DNA of 64,000 nt from a virus: IMG/VR virus record IMGVR_UViG_3300045988_137242; one strand, given 5' to 3'. The stretch's first letter is position 1. Each line of letters starts with the position of its first letter. Below, one piece after another: positions 36,401 to 41,744 of the stretch. A program made the translations under genes and the position numbers. The notes under the pieces are model-generated. The model was not told where the DNA came from. It saw only the letters and a program-made list of their open reading frames with translations, and did no database searches.

Positions 36401-36997
36401 ACTGCGGATATGCCGGATGCGACGGAAGATATGAAGGGTAATGATGCGGCAGACTTTTGGACAGCCCCTTACGGTTGGCAGCACATGATGGAAGGTTATG
36501 TTGGCGGTATGGGAGCTACCATAGGCAGAGTGGCTAAGACAGGATATGCCGTAGGCAAAAGCCTTAAGGCTGGATATAATGGCGAGAATGCTATCAAGGA
36601 TGCTTATGCCGAATGGGAGAAGTTTGACAAGAATCAGATACCATTATACCGAAACTTCATCTATACTTCCACCGAGGGGCATGACATGCAGAGAACGAAG
36701 TCGAAGTGGTACAACTATACAGATGAGCTACGGCAGACGAAGTATAACTTAGACCAGTTGAAGACCAATACTCCCGACTTGAAGTTAAACTTGGAGAACG
36801 AGGCTAAGAAGTATAAGTTCAGTCAAGGCAAGGAGGGTCGGAGGCTTGAAATATGGAATGCTGCAAATAGTTATATCGGCAAGAAGAAGAATCTTCTGAA
36901 GAAGACCTCAGACCCAGAGGTAATAAAGTCGATAAATAACGACATCAATCTTAAGATGCAGGAAGCCGTGAGGGATTTGGATAAGTTGAGTGAGTAG
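21407..36997 (+). CDS. giant polyvalent protein (5196 aa): hydrophobic Gly-rich region, two HExxH modules, SNF2-type helicase, N6-adenine DNA methyltransferase, large C-terminal region
   Basis: One uninterrupted 15.6-kb frame.
- Helicase motifs: GTGTGKTYT (nt ~29264), DECH (29549), SATP, QIEGRTYRIGN (~30890).
- MTase motifs: LEPSAGHG (~31305) and NPPF (31493).
- HExxH motifs: HEYTH (27368) and HETVGH (33104).
This architecture parallels phage/conjugative-element polyvalent proteins and P1 DarB. Confidence 0.85.
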   Translation: MAIDRTKLKQIHNLLAQNGFAQDYSTFEKKFAGNANYGNRKKVYDLITENGGDIGGSYEDFMKRIQSKPQTTSQRAMQFGGRQLPKPKRAPSNASPFVQSLYAKDMAERGEQQPTDYVSKREDYTSPKAVQNMSRRSQMAGRNAAKSAAKEIDKQYMQSQPVMNTGTPADEYVGKTERQLEKQMSDAADQFVKNNMSSYIANAVSGEQDAALQRALNATDNVPSMAGLGGMGLMVKGKTFNEQVDPDLMIKNLEGNLDKNLQNIFSNPQVAQKIEADARNLGVSVDTYIQRIVPSLRNSLANALNESEYQRALPKNMLDNVANRFINSNTLGKMIRLATQTRSQRVMNEQAMAATAAGENPYYKSGAIENVTADVGGMVLDPVFGGAAKGGAMVAGKLLGSGAKAAAVMANGTLAQRLGMKAAQAAVGGGTTGFLFDATNSVVQNFSTGEDTSLGNTLKTAVTGGAKGAVNFGIMGLTGVPLGELGRGVGIKAGGSFWGNVGRATGKVSLEAGKTYMEAMGMYLGGYAVGKLEGAKDANGKPIEFDLFDGTLESLPTAIGFRVQHALGGLKGGRKNAKGEDIGWLGSTVANVKEFLTSDKAKTSNMLMSEDERQQIFNSGAQNGVMRDGENIVSYARRTKKNKLHYDDPRTYDDPTGKESIESDVEMMKNTYDQIMADPKVSWDAKAKFSAMVMGVMPDSRPMMDYCTFTTEKVGGDEAGVKKYINEYSADGTLLSKTSYDNVDKREQALYKMAMTKEGQRLWNVMGTLVGIDKNNYDYQNAFFMERVKDAKDGAEIQAFADGMGTKGSAVEQEFTNWVLNNGSVMKAIDAFAQESGMKKEDVVKLMNKDPLHRTEEEQLLCVKLRREMEKQAFPADKVHEEQSNLEGKDVADDNSLGTEEPNTGAVAEQLDNLSKAEEGVEALMRDNDVFGDNFKKMQEEGMTNPQIYDWMIQNGGMTQEQLKPFADYINANARVQGMQQRTQQKMEELVGKVVHDWSYRGTMNGVKTDGEQVLFVEDRDGRRLMVGSGDVAFDSVTGRAKEDVGDMLVCLDPETKELVYMKAEDAKFVGVQNPDEFANEYRQKLQEINSQPYNEAMQRQAERDAAKNQQETNEGETKTEVAAPETPMPKEDNPELYKVADSLQGKIGQSLSKDEADSLVSEMENRAEPARELELTPENWTAEFGEDGKVATPLGEVKMGENQYFKLAKEGRNGKLGLIKPTLEDPDVIIEDASQAKEGQVTERHSSYLFVKAFTGKDGNRVYYFTSVTVSRDGKEVVVSNQERRAKRIATVMESGKILYLKGNQSASVAQNEKPVSLGDSNSSTTTGSQGALHGINSPDLHGKDTNNSSNGNGNEGTLTHSAASYEKNDIPVDKDGEPAYEQVPKERTVEDLFGKLGGDGNLAHSFAEAKVAEAEKERKALLKKEPKMGTKINEYLKKKREHDEAVKAAEAKVAYWNDVKGEIEKLTHTTPEELKEQQAELEGTAATAEHKALYGEGQPADGTALAAKFVADAKITPESFKKETGFGTAEQAGFVGMIAKEENGGKSIERLAEDLVYYDNTEHNGTYFHGDTNEARNAIISALGAARTRKGLRELAQPDLAKFESERAQERDNAYHEAYGMDYEEYLAYSEQEMPHILEKINNFDEEKYLQDKAEEITNQIDKEHGKAIGRDESAGEEPVYGEGDKVLPGTRTDERGGGESPEEHAGRTEAERRSDTENAALPEEASSGAGRVDERQKEVDEAVKHVATEITKQTGIEVVTDEREGQSALERGLQVDNSVREHRASAGSTIAGMQLLPKELRMNESVLTDQILNYHGDYIGKLLENAQEDSSVSYFSAHDGKWYFYSVDKDRNINILDAVEASRENFDLFKDKLKEYGFDGKSTALRNALSSYGYIGRTDSDLLKSFLAGGTQSRSRFRDGETSEGRRADRNRVAGEADGTQSEGDTQEAREIRQFRTKDGEVYGFTVDGKIYLDTKKMKPETPLHEYTHLWTEALKKKNPEEWENVKKLFDEVEGLKDEVQKLYPEQEGDALYDEMIATYSGREGTKKLEAVVRELAAKNGSGVAESVKEQGFIYKVKEALQKYWKGVADMLHIHFTTAEEVADKVLADWAKGVNPKEEKVDEKKEAVKAEEPKLPLNPIERTALEYHEEKVGAARKAYEEAKASGDESEMKRTRDEFKKALDDKLKAQGVGLVQRRKEIANELGKEEAEKIDKPWKDMDGEERMAVAEQNPLTEEEIRNKTSEENQDLIEDAIDYLNGNHGFAQQIAYLKIYDDVRNRHENVSGDSGTGDRTQLDAANTTGGEGLGLGRGRESGGPDGPVDRGAGNEAASGERTGGESGKDNPTLPVGKQGDKQGEGSPSGMGGLSAGGADATGGGAVSGDGHVSDGSGRGGVDRSSKPDARRKPAAKQGTTWRNRTGAEIKQEAKEAKEGLKAALKEMLKRGRGEASISLTGLNSRQIEYVPELMKAVKRYGMSLIDQGIYKVKDWMNNIREGIYDDMKAIGFTDKDIDDFIEEMWNSKMPMDGETHTIAEWSTIYGNAQLRKKLSEKLGEKYERQMAAEPIAVKVGDRKNIEETLPFLLPQQQEDVLKAETQFFGNEHADREHAYGKGYLFTNGTGTGKTYTGLGIAKRLAKQGKGRILFVTPSQKKVNDWMKDGKNLGLDIRDLDSWAKERGTTATTESGEGMVITTFANFGLNKKLLETEWDAVIYDECHRIMENKKGAETARSMQHYMMTNRDENHCFLRLQETNKDYQKMRLASEKFDEERSNEIGRIMREYKESHPEARTKDVINATYKLQPKELNSFAPADAAKFPKLGKAYQEFMSAKEHYYKDVEPKLREQAKNTWKKTKTIFLSATPFNTRENLDYVEGYIFKYPEMSDDGMNGRTRFYLDHFGAAYKYRYHRLEQTVSNPDAIAKQEVAFSDYLQNTLGTMSGRIIDSPYDYSRDFPTVSPDHAEEFNIAVQDAVRGRYLGSAYRKTIGEYNYGSALFETMKVANIIDRIKQHLDAGRKVVIFHRRTETKTPIKPPFAYMLEVANKEISLMRPGKEREEYIREVNAFRKEHAGLLQWEKTLDYSMPREQLAKVFGKNNVLFFSGKESKTVKDKAVDTFNDDNSGKNIIVIQEASGKEGISLHDTTGKHQRVCITLGLPQSPITALQIEGRTYRIGNKSNAIFEYPVLGLNSEMMLFGEKFNNQVSTTENLALGSQARNLRESFAKGILEHSGVVPIDQQGVGGKEFDAPKQGDSDPFDDAVLDYYSNQKLNRKNREGVDYFPTPEPLGYKMMEWARAGEGDTILEPSAGHGAIARYAPKENQLTGIEPSQSLFAKLQLKAGGLGRKFMNTVFENYDISNKHDVVVMNPPFGTAGATAIAHLDKAFKHLEEGGRVVAIIPRGSTDKKFDKWLDGQKNVAMRAEVDLPDIVFQQAGTSVVSRVVVLDKITDAALRSKAGKTERIDLSGRYDKIEDFFEELRNIEMPERIIDTQAKMQKKAKAAKTSIKEIKGVRDVKLDKNGILVSMRGDWMDYGISFSGSDKPQYWREKMSNFYEKYEELEKSAFNEDKKAVFSEMKELSCKLAGMTEDEMQRYIAGRRNSGEQDGVHFRTEEDIEDVNKRFNERLESLKADPKQKGGELKLGYPGTFLKDAGFGDSEIVLEYAKIERKSSEEYKNDHPFDVEDIKDLPKAINTPIAVFDNTNGKEAGKTILTELQKDGKNFIVAIRAAERRQKGGIVLEVNEIKTLFPKEARGIVNWFNTGKTCNVDKEKALTWLGALRTHRGTWLTEQELSSATNVVKDFDIEKRKSLNFRIGDNKTEKQNNSVATISEDAPVVVKHVDRVSKETGVKVNMVQSAEEVNSPRVKKAIEDGKEVTGWYDERTGEVHLYMPNIHDRYTAEKTIWHETVGHKGMRGLMGEQFDKFLRDMWYDLDKPENAELKKLVDEERRRNPLNIYDAIEEGIARLAEEGRGEPGFWRNIRNKVTDFFREIGYRIAPNTKDVKYLLWLSKNLQKNPNDVFYKMRAEAVRWRLDHEAVPDVIEANGMFFDNDGKNREYVLDLSQKDFEQATDGKIHFRTSPATASKIEEYNRRLEGKIYSAKESTVDYMQSVQEYMETVSGKKNVARDIPSSCNPLQAENRSSSISQKKCDRYDRKYMTPLDDVFKKVISYVDGKNSDFQKQNTELYMIMKHGLERNRVFFVRDRIGENLREEIKSIREAAEQQPEPKKWERTETEKAKMKADALSKEWEQKFGELSKDLEDGKLQLDEYYGQMDEWIRSKIYEEYESTKYDYSGLTDIIKNTKDWKSDADIIEKVKDVEKKINDGKSGLVKEFWEKKRAATDAIIDSEYDSGKIDKDSAAHFKSMFNWYVPLRKFNETTAEDVYGYITESGDPSQYIGSVIAKANGRKSLSDTNVMAQIFAMAKSSIISGEKNIVKQYFARFVEAYETGEAQEKVFVEIHPWAERHVVDGKEVWEEVYPQVPEDATQHEISDILQTFEDKMRAKEALGEARLLTRRGSVGYKFQREKNKNEHIVEVYIAGKKRMYFCQGNPRAAQAINGLLHDSGTSKGKLSAWISKKSSSINRTCAQLNTSYNPDFFSSNMVRDFTVSSAILVKEGPKYAKRFCREYYNNLKFLNGEDSYWKMLGKYNNDKIDESNTRQKYFKEFMDNGGQTGFVQLEKLERVIKEYNNLVKTGKRDADGWFARALKKAGFIEIANETFENIARYSCYVTSRESGRSIGRSVYDAKEVSGNFNRHGSGDAISTLKTANDSKSDVAFRNVVGFFNSYMKNHTMFYNAGVQGANMLFKNYKFAPVATAMSLGVMPFALNMAIAAINQFLMGIEDEKKRGGVKDPYAELPEWKRRNNINIYIFRGHFFTLPLGIELRAFYGLGDVALAHSFYDGLKSDTPIGYDILGQLAQLVPSSDFLGHHAPGDNTTDALKDVALAVTPTALKAGGELVANRDWTGRPIYRDQTYLDIAPRWKRAYDSTNEAFVKVNKLANKWTADMPDATEDMKGNDAADFWTAPYGWQHMMEGYVGGMGATIGRVAKTGYAVGKSLKAGYNGENAIKDAYAEWEKFDKNQIPLYRNFIYTSTEGHDMQRTKSKWYNYTDELRQTKYNLDQLKTNTPDLKLNLENEAKKYKFSQGKEGRRLEIWNAANSYIGKKKNLLKKTSDPEVIKSINNDINLKMQEAVRDLDKLSE

Positions 36998-37024
36998 TTT
37001 CCAAAATGGAAATAACCAGTAGGG

Positions 37025-37058
37025 GAAGAGCGAGCTTAATGCTCACTCTTCTCTTTAT
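37025..37058 (+). terminator. intrinsic terminator after the giant ORF
   Basis: Stem GAAGAGCGAGC/GCTCACTCTTC (10 of 11 bp), loop TTAAT, followed by TCTTTATT. Confidence 0.55.
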
Positions 37059-37705
37059 TCAAAATAAATGTATTCCCCTTTTTTTTCTTTGTAGGCTATA
37101 TAAATAAAATATCCAATTAGATATAACACCAATTCTATCATTGTTATAATAATAAAGAAATAATCTTCCCTTATAGAAGAAATGACTATTCTTTTTGTGT
37201 CAAAATGGTCCAACAAAAAAAGAATGGAGAAAAGGATGATATAAAACCCTGCAATTATACCAACGACATATCCTATTATATGGGGTTCTTCTTTTCTGTA
37301 GAAATAATCCAGCAAATCTAATTCTTTAGAATAATATGTGCGTGCGATTATTACAGGAGAGCAGACTAACGGATAGAACAAAGCGACTGTCATTATTTCG
37401 TTCAAGTAGTCTTTCCCGAAATAATAGTAATCCAAAAGGCTCATAATAATACAGCATAACATGTTTGACAAGACCCAAAGCAAATATCTATATCTGGATC
37501 TGTGCGTTTTGGAAGAACACATGTCAATAAGAAAAGGGGCGGCAGAAGCAACAATAGGTATCATGTTTTGGTAGGTCATATTGTCTCCACATCTTTTAGC
37601 CCATAAATATAAGACAGGCATATAAAGTAATACCCAAGTGGAAATTCTTACATGATGACAGAGAAGAAATCTCTTAATACCTGTTTTGTTTGTTCTTTGT
37701 TTCAT
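37055..37705 (-). CDS. multi-pass membrane protein
   Basis: 216 aa with about six hydrophobic segments. No motif recognised. Confidence 0.55.
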   Translation of the reverse strand: MKQRTNKTGIKRFLLCHHVRISTWVLLYMPVLYLWAKRCGDNMTYQNMIPIVASAAPFLIDMCSSKTHRSRYRYLLWVLSNMLCCIIMSLLDYYYFGKDYLNEIMTVALFYPLVCSPVIIARTYYSKELDLLDYFYRKEEPHIIGYVVGIIAGFYIILFSILFLLDHFDTKRIVISSIREDYFFIIITMIELVLYLIGYFIYIAYKEKKGEYIYFE

Positions 37706-37947
37706 TTGTTGTAATATTCTCTATATTTTTCACTATAACATATATGGCATGGTGTTTTATACATGTCTATAGCTTCTTTTTTTGTAAGCTTCATAACAAT
37801 ACCACTGCAATTCCTTAATCCCTTGCAATACTCTGTCCTGTGGAATCTTCTTGAATATCCTCCAGTACATATATACACATTATCTGCACAAGACGACAGA
37901 GTTATAACTCCTAAGAGTACATAAAATAATAAGACTGATTTCTTCAT
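37702..37947 (-). CDS. Cys-rich small lipoprotein (paralog of 40469-40675)
   Basis: 81 aa from MKKSVLLFYVLLGVITLSSC (lipobox). Shared core VYICTGGYSRRFH ... C.GL.NC ... TPCHICY. Confidence 0.6.
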   Translation of the reverse strand: MKKSVLLFYVLLGVITLSSCADNVYICTGGYSRRFHRTEYCKGLRNCSGIVMKLTKKEAIDMYKTPCHICYSEKYREYYNK

Positions 37948-38130
37948 AGAAATAATTGTTAAAGCGTAATCCTTTTGCAAAAGTATAAAAAAAATCAATA
38001 GGGTGTATCTTAAAAAAGTGTTTTATTTTTTTTGATGCAAATAATCCTCATGGTAAGTGGTTGAAAGTATGGTAGTTAGGTGTGGAAAAATAGATGTTGA
38101 GGATAGTTAGGCATGATGGATATTGGTTAG

Positions 38131-38138
38131 TAACTTTG
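38131..38138 (+). promoter_or_regulatory. candidate -7 box TAACTTTG
   Basis: Matches TAnnTTTG, 49 nt upstream of the 38187 start. Confidence 0.4.
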
Positions 38139-38186
38139 CAGCAAGTTCAATAGTGGACGAAACCAACACAAAAACTATTTATTATT

Positions 38187-38981
38187 ATGGAAGCAGAGAA
38201 AATAATCTGTTGCGATGGAGCGCGAAACAATGATGCTCTCGCATGGGCGGCAATGGCAAACAGGGACAATGACATGAACGGTTGGATGAATAATCCTTTC
38301 GCTTATATCATGTTTATGGCGATGTTCGGCAATGGCGGTTTTGGTTGGGGCAACCGCGGCAACCAAGTTCAGGATGCCGAAATCCAATCAAAGCTGAACC
38401 AGTTGAGCACCCAACTACAGGATGGCAACAACACCAATCTTTTGATGGATGCCATCAAGGGCAACAACACCGCTTTGGGCCAGCTTGCAAGTAACTTGAA
38501 CTGCGATTTCAACCAGTTGCAGAGCGGTATCTGCGCCGTGCAGTCAGCCATTCAGCAAGTAGGCGGTCAGGTGGGTTATTCGGCAGAGCGAGTGATTAAT
38601 GCCGTGAACTTGGGCGACATGAACCTCATTCAGCAGTTGAAGGACTGTTGCTGCCAGACTCAGCAGAACATTATCCGCATGGGTTATGAGAACCAGCTGG
38701 GACAGAAGGACATCGTGAATCAGATGCAGCAAGGCTTCTCCTACACCAATACCGGTATAGAGAGAGCTGCAGCAAACATCGGGTTCCAGATGAACCAGAT
38801 AGCGTGTGACTTGAAGACGAACGCCAACGGCAACACTCAGAGGATCATCGACACTCTGAACTGTCACTGGAATCAAGACTTGCAGCAGAAGTACAATGAT
38901 GCGAGGTTAGAGCTGTCACAGCAAAAGCAGAACGCTACGCTGATAGCGGCATTGGGTGCCAAGACCACCGCTACGGCATGA
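38187..38981 (+). CDS. N/Q-rich protein with hydrophobic Gly-rich N-terminal segment
   Basis: 264 aa. NPFAYIMFMAMFGNGGFGWGN is followed by a Q/N-rich helical-looking region with several Cys residues (CCC at DCCCQ). Confidence 0.5.
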   Translation: MEAEKIICCDGARNNDALAWAAMANRDNDMNGWMNNPFAYIMFMAMFGNGGFGWGNRGNQVQDAEIQSKLNQLSTQLQDGNNTNLLMDAIKGNNTALGQLASNLNCDFNQLQSGICAVQSAIQQVGGQVGYSAERVINAVNLGDMNLIQQLKDCCCQTQQNIIRMGYENQLGQKDIVNQMQQGFSYTNTGIERAAANIGFQMNQIACDLKTNANGNTQRIIDTLNCHWNQDLQQKYNDARLELSQQKQNATLIAALGAKTTATA

Positions 38982-39067
38982 ATGGAGGAAGGGTCATTGC
39001 CTACGGAAAAGAAATCCGAGCAAAGGCTCTTCCCTTTTGTTTCACGTAAGAGGAAAGGGAAGAAGAT

Positions 39068-39538
39068 ATGATATTCAAGGATATGAAACAGGGATACCCT
39101 GTGTATATGTTGCACAAGGGTGACGAGATGAGAGTGGGAACCGGCAAGGTGGTGACGGCAACCGCACCGAGATTTCCGCAACAGTATAGCGGACAGGCTC
39201 TTGCCATGGTAGTAGACGTGACGATAGAGGAGGACGGCACGAACAAGACCTATACCATGCCTGCCGATTCAACGGTGGTGAGTGCCGGGATGACGGTATT
39301 GTCGGTAGACAGAGAGGGTATCCTCCGTGATGTGGAGGCGATGAAAGCCGAGAGTGAGGATGCACTTGCTTCGATGGAGAAGCACAGAGCGAGGGTAGAA
39401 AGCTGCGATAAGATTCTGACAGAGTGGAATCCTGTTCTTGCGGAGAAGAAGAAGCAGGAGGAGCGGATAGGCTCTTTGGAGAATGGTATGAACGAGCTGA
39501 AAGCTATGATGAGGGCTTTAAGTGAAAAGTTAGGTTAG
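39068..39538 (+). CDS. hypothetical protein with C-terminal coiled coil
   Basis: 156-aa ORF with a purine-rich leader. Confidence 0.5.
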   Translation: MIFKDMKQGYPVYMLHKGDEMRVGTGKVVTATAPRFPQQYSGQALAMVVDVTIEEDGTNKTYTMPADSTVVSAGMTVLSVDREGILRDVEAMKAESEDALASMEKHRARVESCDKILTEWNPVLAEKKKQEERIGSLENGMNELKAMMRALSEKLG

Positions 39539-39549
39539 GAGGATTGGTT

Positions 39550-39909
39550 ATGGTAATGTATATATTGTTAAATGACGTAAGAGTGACGCATGAGCCGCAT
39601 TTTTGTGAAAAAACCGCAAAAAGGGCAATGAAAGGACTGCGATATGTAGACAAGGAAGGTGTGGAGCATACGGAACCGAAGTGGACGGAGAGGATGATAG
39701 AGGAAGCGACGAAAGACTTGGAGTTTCCCGAAGGTACAACAGTATGGGACAAATATGTGGCATACAACTCCTTCTATGCAGACACGTGTAGGGTGTTGTC
39801 GGATGGTGAGGCTTTCAAGGCTGCCTACGAGTTTTACTTCAAGGATGATGATTATGTATTGGAGGGGAGTAAGATTTGGTGGTACATGAGGGCAATGATT
39901 GGTGATTAG
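39550..39909 (+). CDS. hypothetical protein, KIWWYM-tail family (paralog of 60687-61028)
   Basis: AGGAGGA lies 6 nt upstream of the ATG at 39550. The C-terminus ends ...DDDYVLEGSKIWWYMRAM. Confidence 0.5.
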   Translation: MVMYILLNDVRVTHEPHFCEKTAKRAMKGLRYVDKEGVEHTEPKWTERMIEEATKDLEFPEGTTVWDKYVAYNSFYADTCRVLSDGEAFKAAYEFYFKDDDYVLEGSKIWWYMRAMIGD

Positions 39910-39921
39910 GGTGAGAAAGAG

Positions 39922-39955
39922 GGAAAGGCGAGCGGTGGGGTTCGCCTTTCCTTTT
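39922..39955 (+). terminator. intrinsic terminator
   Basis: 10-bp perfect stem GGAAAGGCGA/TCGCCTTTCC followed by TTTT. Confidence 0.7.
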
Positions 39956-40059
39956 GGTGTATTATTACTTTTTGGATAAAGTTATAAAAAACAACGACAG
40001 ATTGTAGAATTATTGTATAATATTTTACGATAAAAGTTGTGTAAAGAGGAATATTTTAT

Positions 40060-40067
40060 TACTTTTG
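40060..40067 (+). promoter_or_regulatory. candidate -7 box TACTTTTG
   Basis: Matches TAnnTTTG, 32 nt upstream of the 40099 start. Confidence 0.4.
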
Positions 40068-40098
40068 TGGGGTGATTACGCTTAAAATGATATAAGAT

Positions 40099-40467
40099 AT
40101 GAAGAAGATAGTGTTATTTGTTATGCCGTTCTGTCTACTTGGTTGTTCTGAAAATAAAGAGAAAGAGGAGCCAAAGAGAGGAGAACTTACGGAGTTTGTT
40201 TATGTTGACAGGTCTAAGTGTCTTCATGTTGACAAAAACTGCATGAGTCTGATTTATTTGGGTGATGAAGATAATTCAAAGGGAAATTATCAGGTGAGTT
40301 TCGTTGAAACAAAAAGTCTTTCTCACAAAGACTACAAGTCGGTTTGCAGTCTTTGTGTATCAAATGAAACTTTCAAAAAGATAAGGGAAATCACAGAAAA
40401 TAACAGCTATGGGGAGGAAGAAGAAAGCGATAGTTGCTTTTCTAATACAAAAAGTTTAGGACTATAA
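40099..40467 (+). CDS. lipoprotein with CxH...C / CxxC pattern
   Basis: 122 aa. Lipobox FCLLGC. SKCLHVDKNC ... VCSLC resembles an expanded version of the small Cys-lipoprotein core. Confidence 0.55.
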   Translation: MKKIVLFVMPFCLLGCSENKEKEEPKRGELTEFVYVDRSKCLHVDKNCMSLIYLGDEDNSKGNYQVSFVETKSLSHKDYKSVCSLCVSNETFKKIREITENNSYGEEEESDSCFSNTKSLGL

Positions 40468-40468
40468 T

Positions 40469-40675
40469 ATGAGGAAGATTATCTTGTTATTCAGCATTAT
40501 TGTGTGTTTATCTTCGTGCTCTAACATGGTGTATGTTTGTACGGGAGGATATTCATATAGATACCACAAATCAAGGTCTTGTGATGGGCTAAGTAATTGC
40601 GGAGGAGAGATTAAAGAAGTAAGTAAAGAAGAGGCAAAGAGTATTGGTAGGACTCCTTGCCGTATGTGCTATTAG
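40469..40675 (+). CDS. Cys-rich small lipoprotein (paralog of 37702-37947)
   Basis: 68 aa. Lipobox CLSSC. Core VYVCTGGYSYRYH ... CDGLSNC ... TPCRMCY. Confidence 0.6.
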   Translation: MRKIILLFSIIVCLSSCSNMVYVCTGGYSYRYHKSRSCDGLSNCGGEIKEVSKEEAKSIGRTPCRMCY

Positions 40676-40689
40676 GAGGAATAAAAAAT

Positions 40690-40713
40690 GAGGCAGGTTC
40701 TTAGTTCTGCCTC
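40690..40713. terminator. hairpin terminator between convergent genes
   Basis: GAGGCAG/CTGCCTC stem. A U-run follows on the minus-strand transcript (ATTTTTTAT). Confidence 0.5.
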
Positions 40714-40719
40714 ACCTTA

Positions 40720-40932
40720 TTATAATATACAACATCTTGCTAATGCGCCGATGGGAATGGAGAGGATGCCTCTAATGAGATTTCCTCTGTTCCATCTTCC
40801 TTGATAGTAGTGGCAGCGGTCGTTGTCTTCATGTATTATGAGGGCAAGTATGGCGTAGCCACTTCCGAAGAGCATGGCGATAAGAAAGTATACCGCCATG
40901 CCGAGGATATTGTTTCGGTTTCTTTTAGTCAT
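40720..40932 (-). CDS. small membrane protein
   Basis: 70 aa from the internal Met (MTKRNRNNILGMAVYFLIAMLFGSGYAILALII). The 8-nt overlap with the upstream stop suggests coupling. Confidence 0.45.
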   Translation of the reverse strand: MTKRNRNNILGMAVYFLIAMLFGSGYAILALIIHEDNDRCHYYQGRWNRGNLIRGILSIPIGALARCCIL

Positions 40933-41149
40933 GAGGCTGTTCAGATGATGGGTCCTCATACACCAAGTTATGCTCATCTACGTAAGCCTTGGCTTCTGAG
41001 TATGTATCAAACTCTACTGCGGTGGCATTCACTGATGGGAATACCTCAGCATTATCACCTTCCTCTGTGAGAGGGAACACCATCTTGGTTCCCTCATGTA
41101 CCACCTTATACTTCTTTGTTAACTTAATGACTGCGCATTTGCCGTGCAA
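40925..41149 (-). CDS. hypothetical protein
   Basis: 74-aa ORF. Confidence 0.45.
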   Translation of the reverse strand: MHGKCAVIKLTKKYKVVHEGTKMVFPLTEEGDNAEVFPSVNATAVEFDTYSEAKAYVDEHNLVYEDPSSEQPHD

Positions 41150-41180
41150 TGCACGAAAATCCTTTCTATCTTTCGCATAA

Positions 41181-41744
41181 TCATTGCCAATCTATTTTTA
41201 CTGTTCCTGATGATGCACCTGAAGGTATCCAAATCTCCCAAGGCTGGGAATAGAAACCATACTTGACAGTATGACTGCCATAATAACCTACTTTTGAGGA
41301 AGTACTGGCTGTATAAATCTGGTCTTCACTATCTGTGTCCATATATAGTATCCATTTAGTACTTCCATTCACTGTCTCACATCTTACAATATTTAATAGC
41401 ATACCAGAGCCTGTAACATCCATAAATGGAGTACTGCTCCAATAACTGGATGGTATCTTTAAGCAGGGAGCCAAAATGCCATTCAGCAATGTTCTTAGAT
41501 TACTGAGGGTTATCTCTGTATTTGTTGAACCGTCTGAATAATAGAACTTCTTTTTTAGAGCATAATCCAAAATAACACCATAAGTATATTTTCTGGATAA
41601 TACCTGACTGTCATTTGATATTGTTATAATACTCCTACCCTGCAAAGCTGCCCTGATGATATAATAATCCTTTTCATTTAAATTGTCCTTTATCTTCTTG
41701 AAAATCTTTGTCAAGGCATCACTCGTCATACTAAACATGCTCAT
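41181..41744 (-). CDS. hypothetical protein (fibre-module accessory)
   Basis: 187-aa ORF at the distal end of the fibre gene row. Confidence 0.5.
   Translation of the reverse strand: MSMFSMTSDALTKIFKKIKDNLNEKDYYIIRAALQGRSIITISNDSQVLSRKYTYGVILDYALKKKFYYSDGSTNTEITLSNLRTLLNGILAPCLKIPSSYWSSTPFMDVTGSGMLLNIVRCETVNGSTKWILYMDTDSEDQIYTASTSSKVGYYGSHTVKYGFYSQPWEIWIPSGASSGTVKIDWQ

Noticed and set aside
21428-36484. Dozens of minus-strand and off-frame ORFs inside the giant gene (for example 23393-24658, 421 aa; 28511-29323, 270 aa; 27059-27859, 266 aa).
   Set aside because: All are fully embedded in the uninterrupted 5196-codon frame. Their composition is typical of antisense shadows (L/H/R/S/C-rich) and they carry no recognisable motifs. 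The sense frame carries ordered helicase and MTase motifs.
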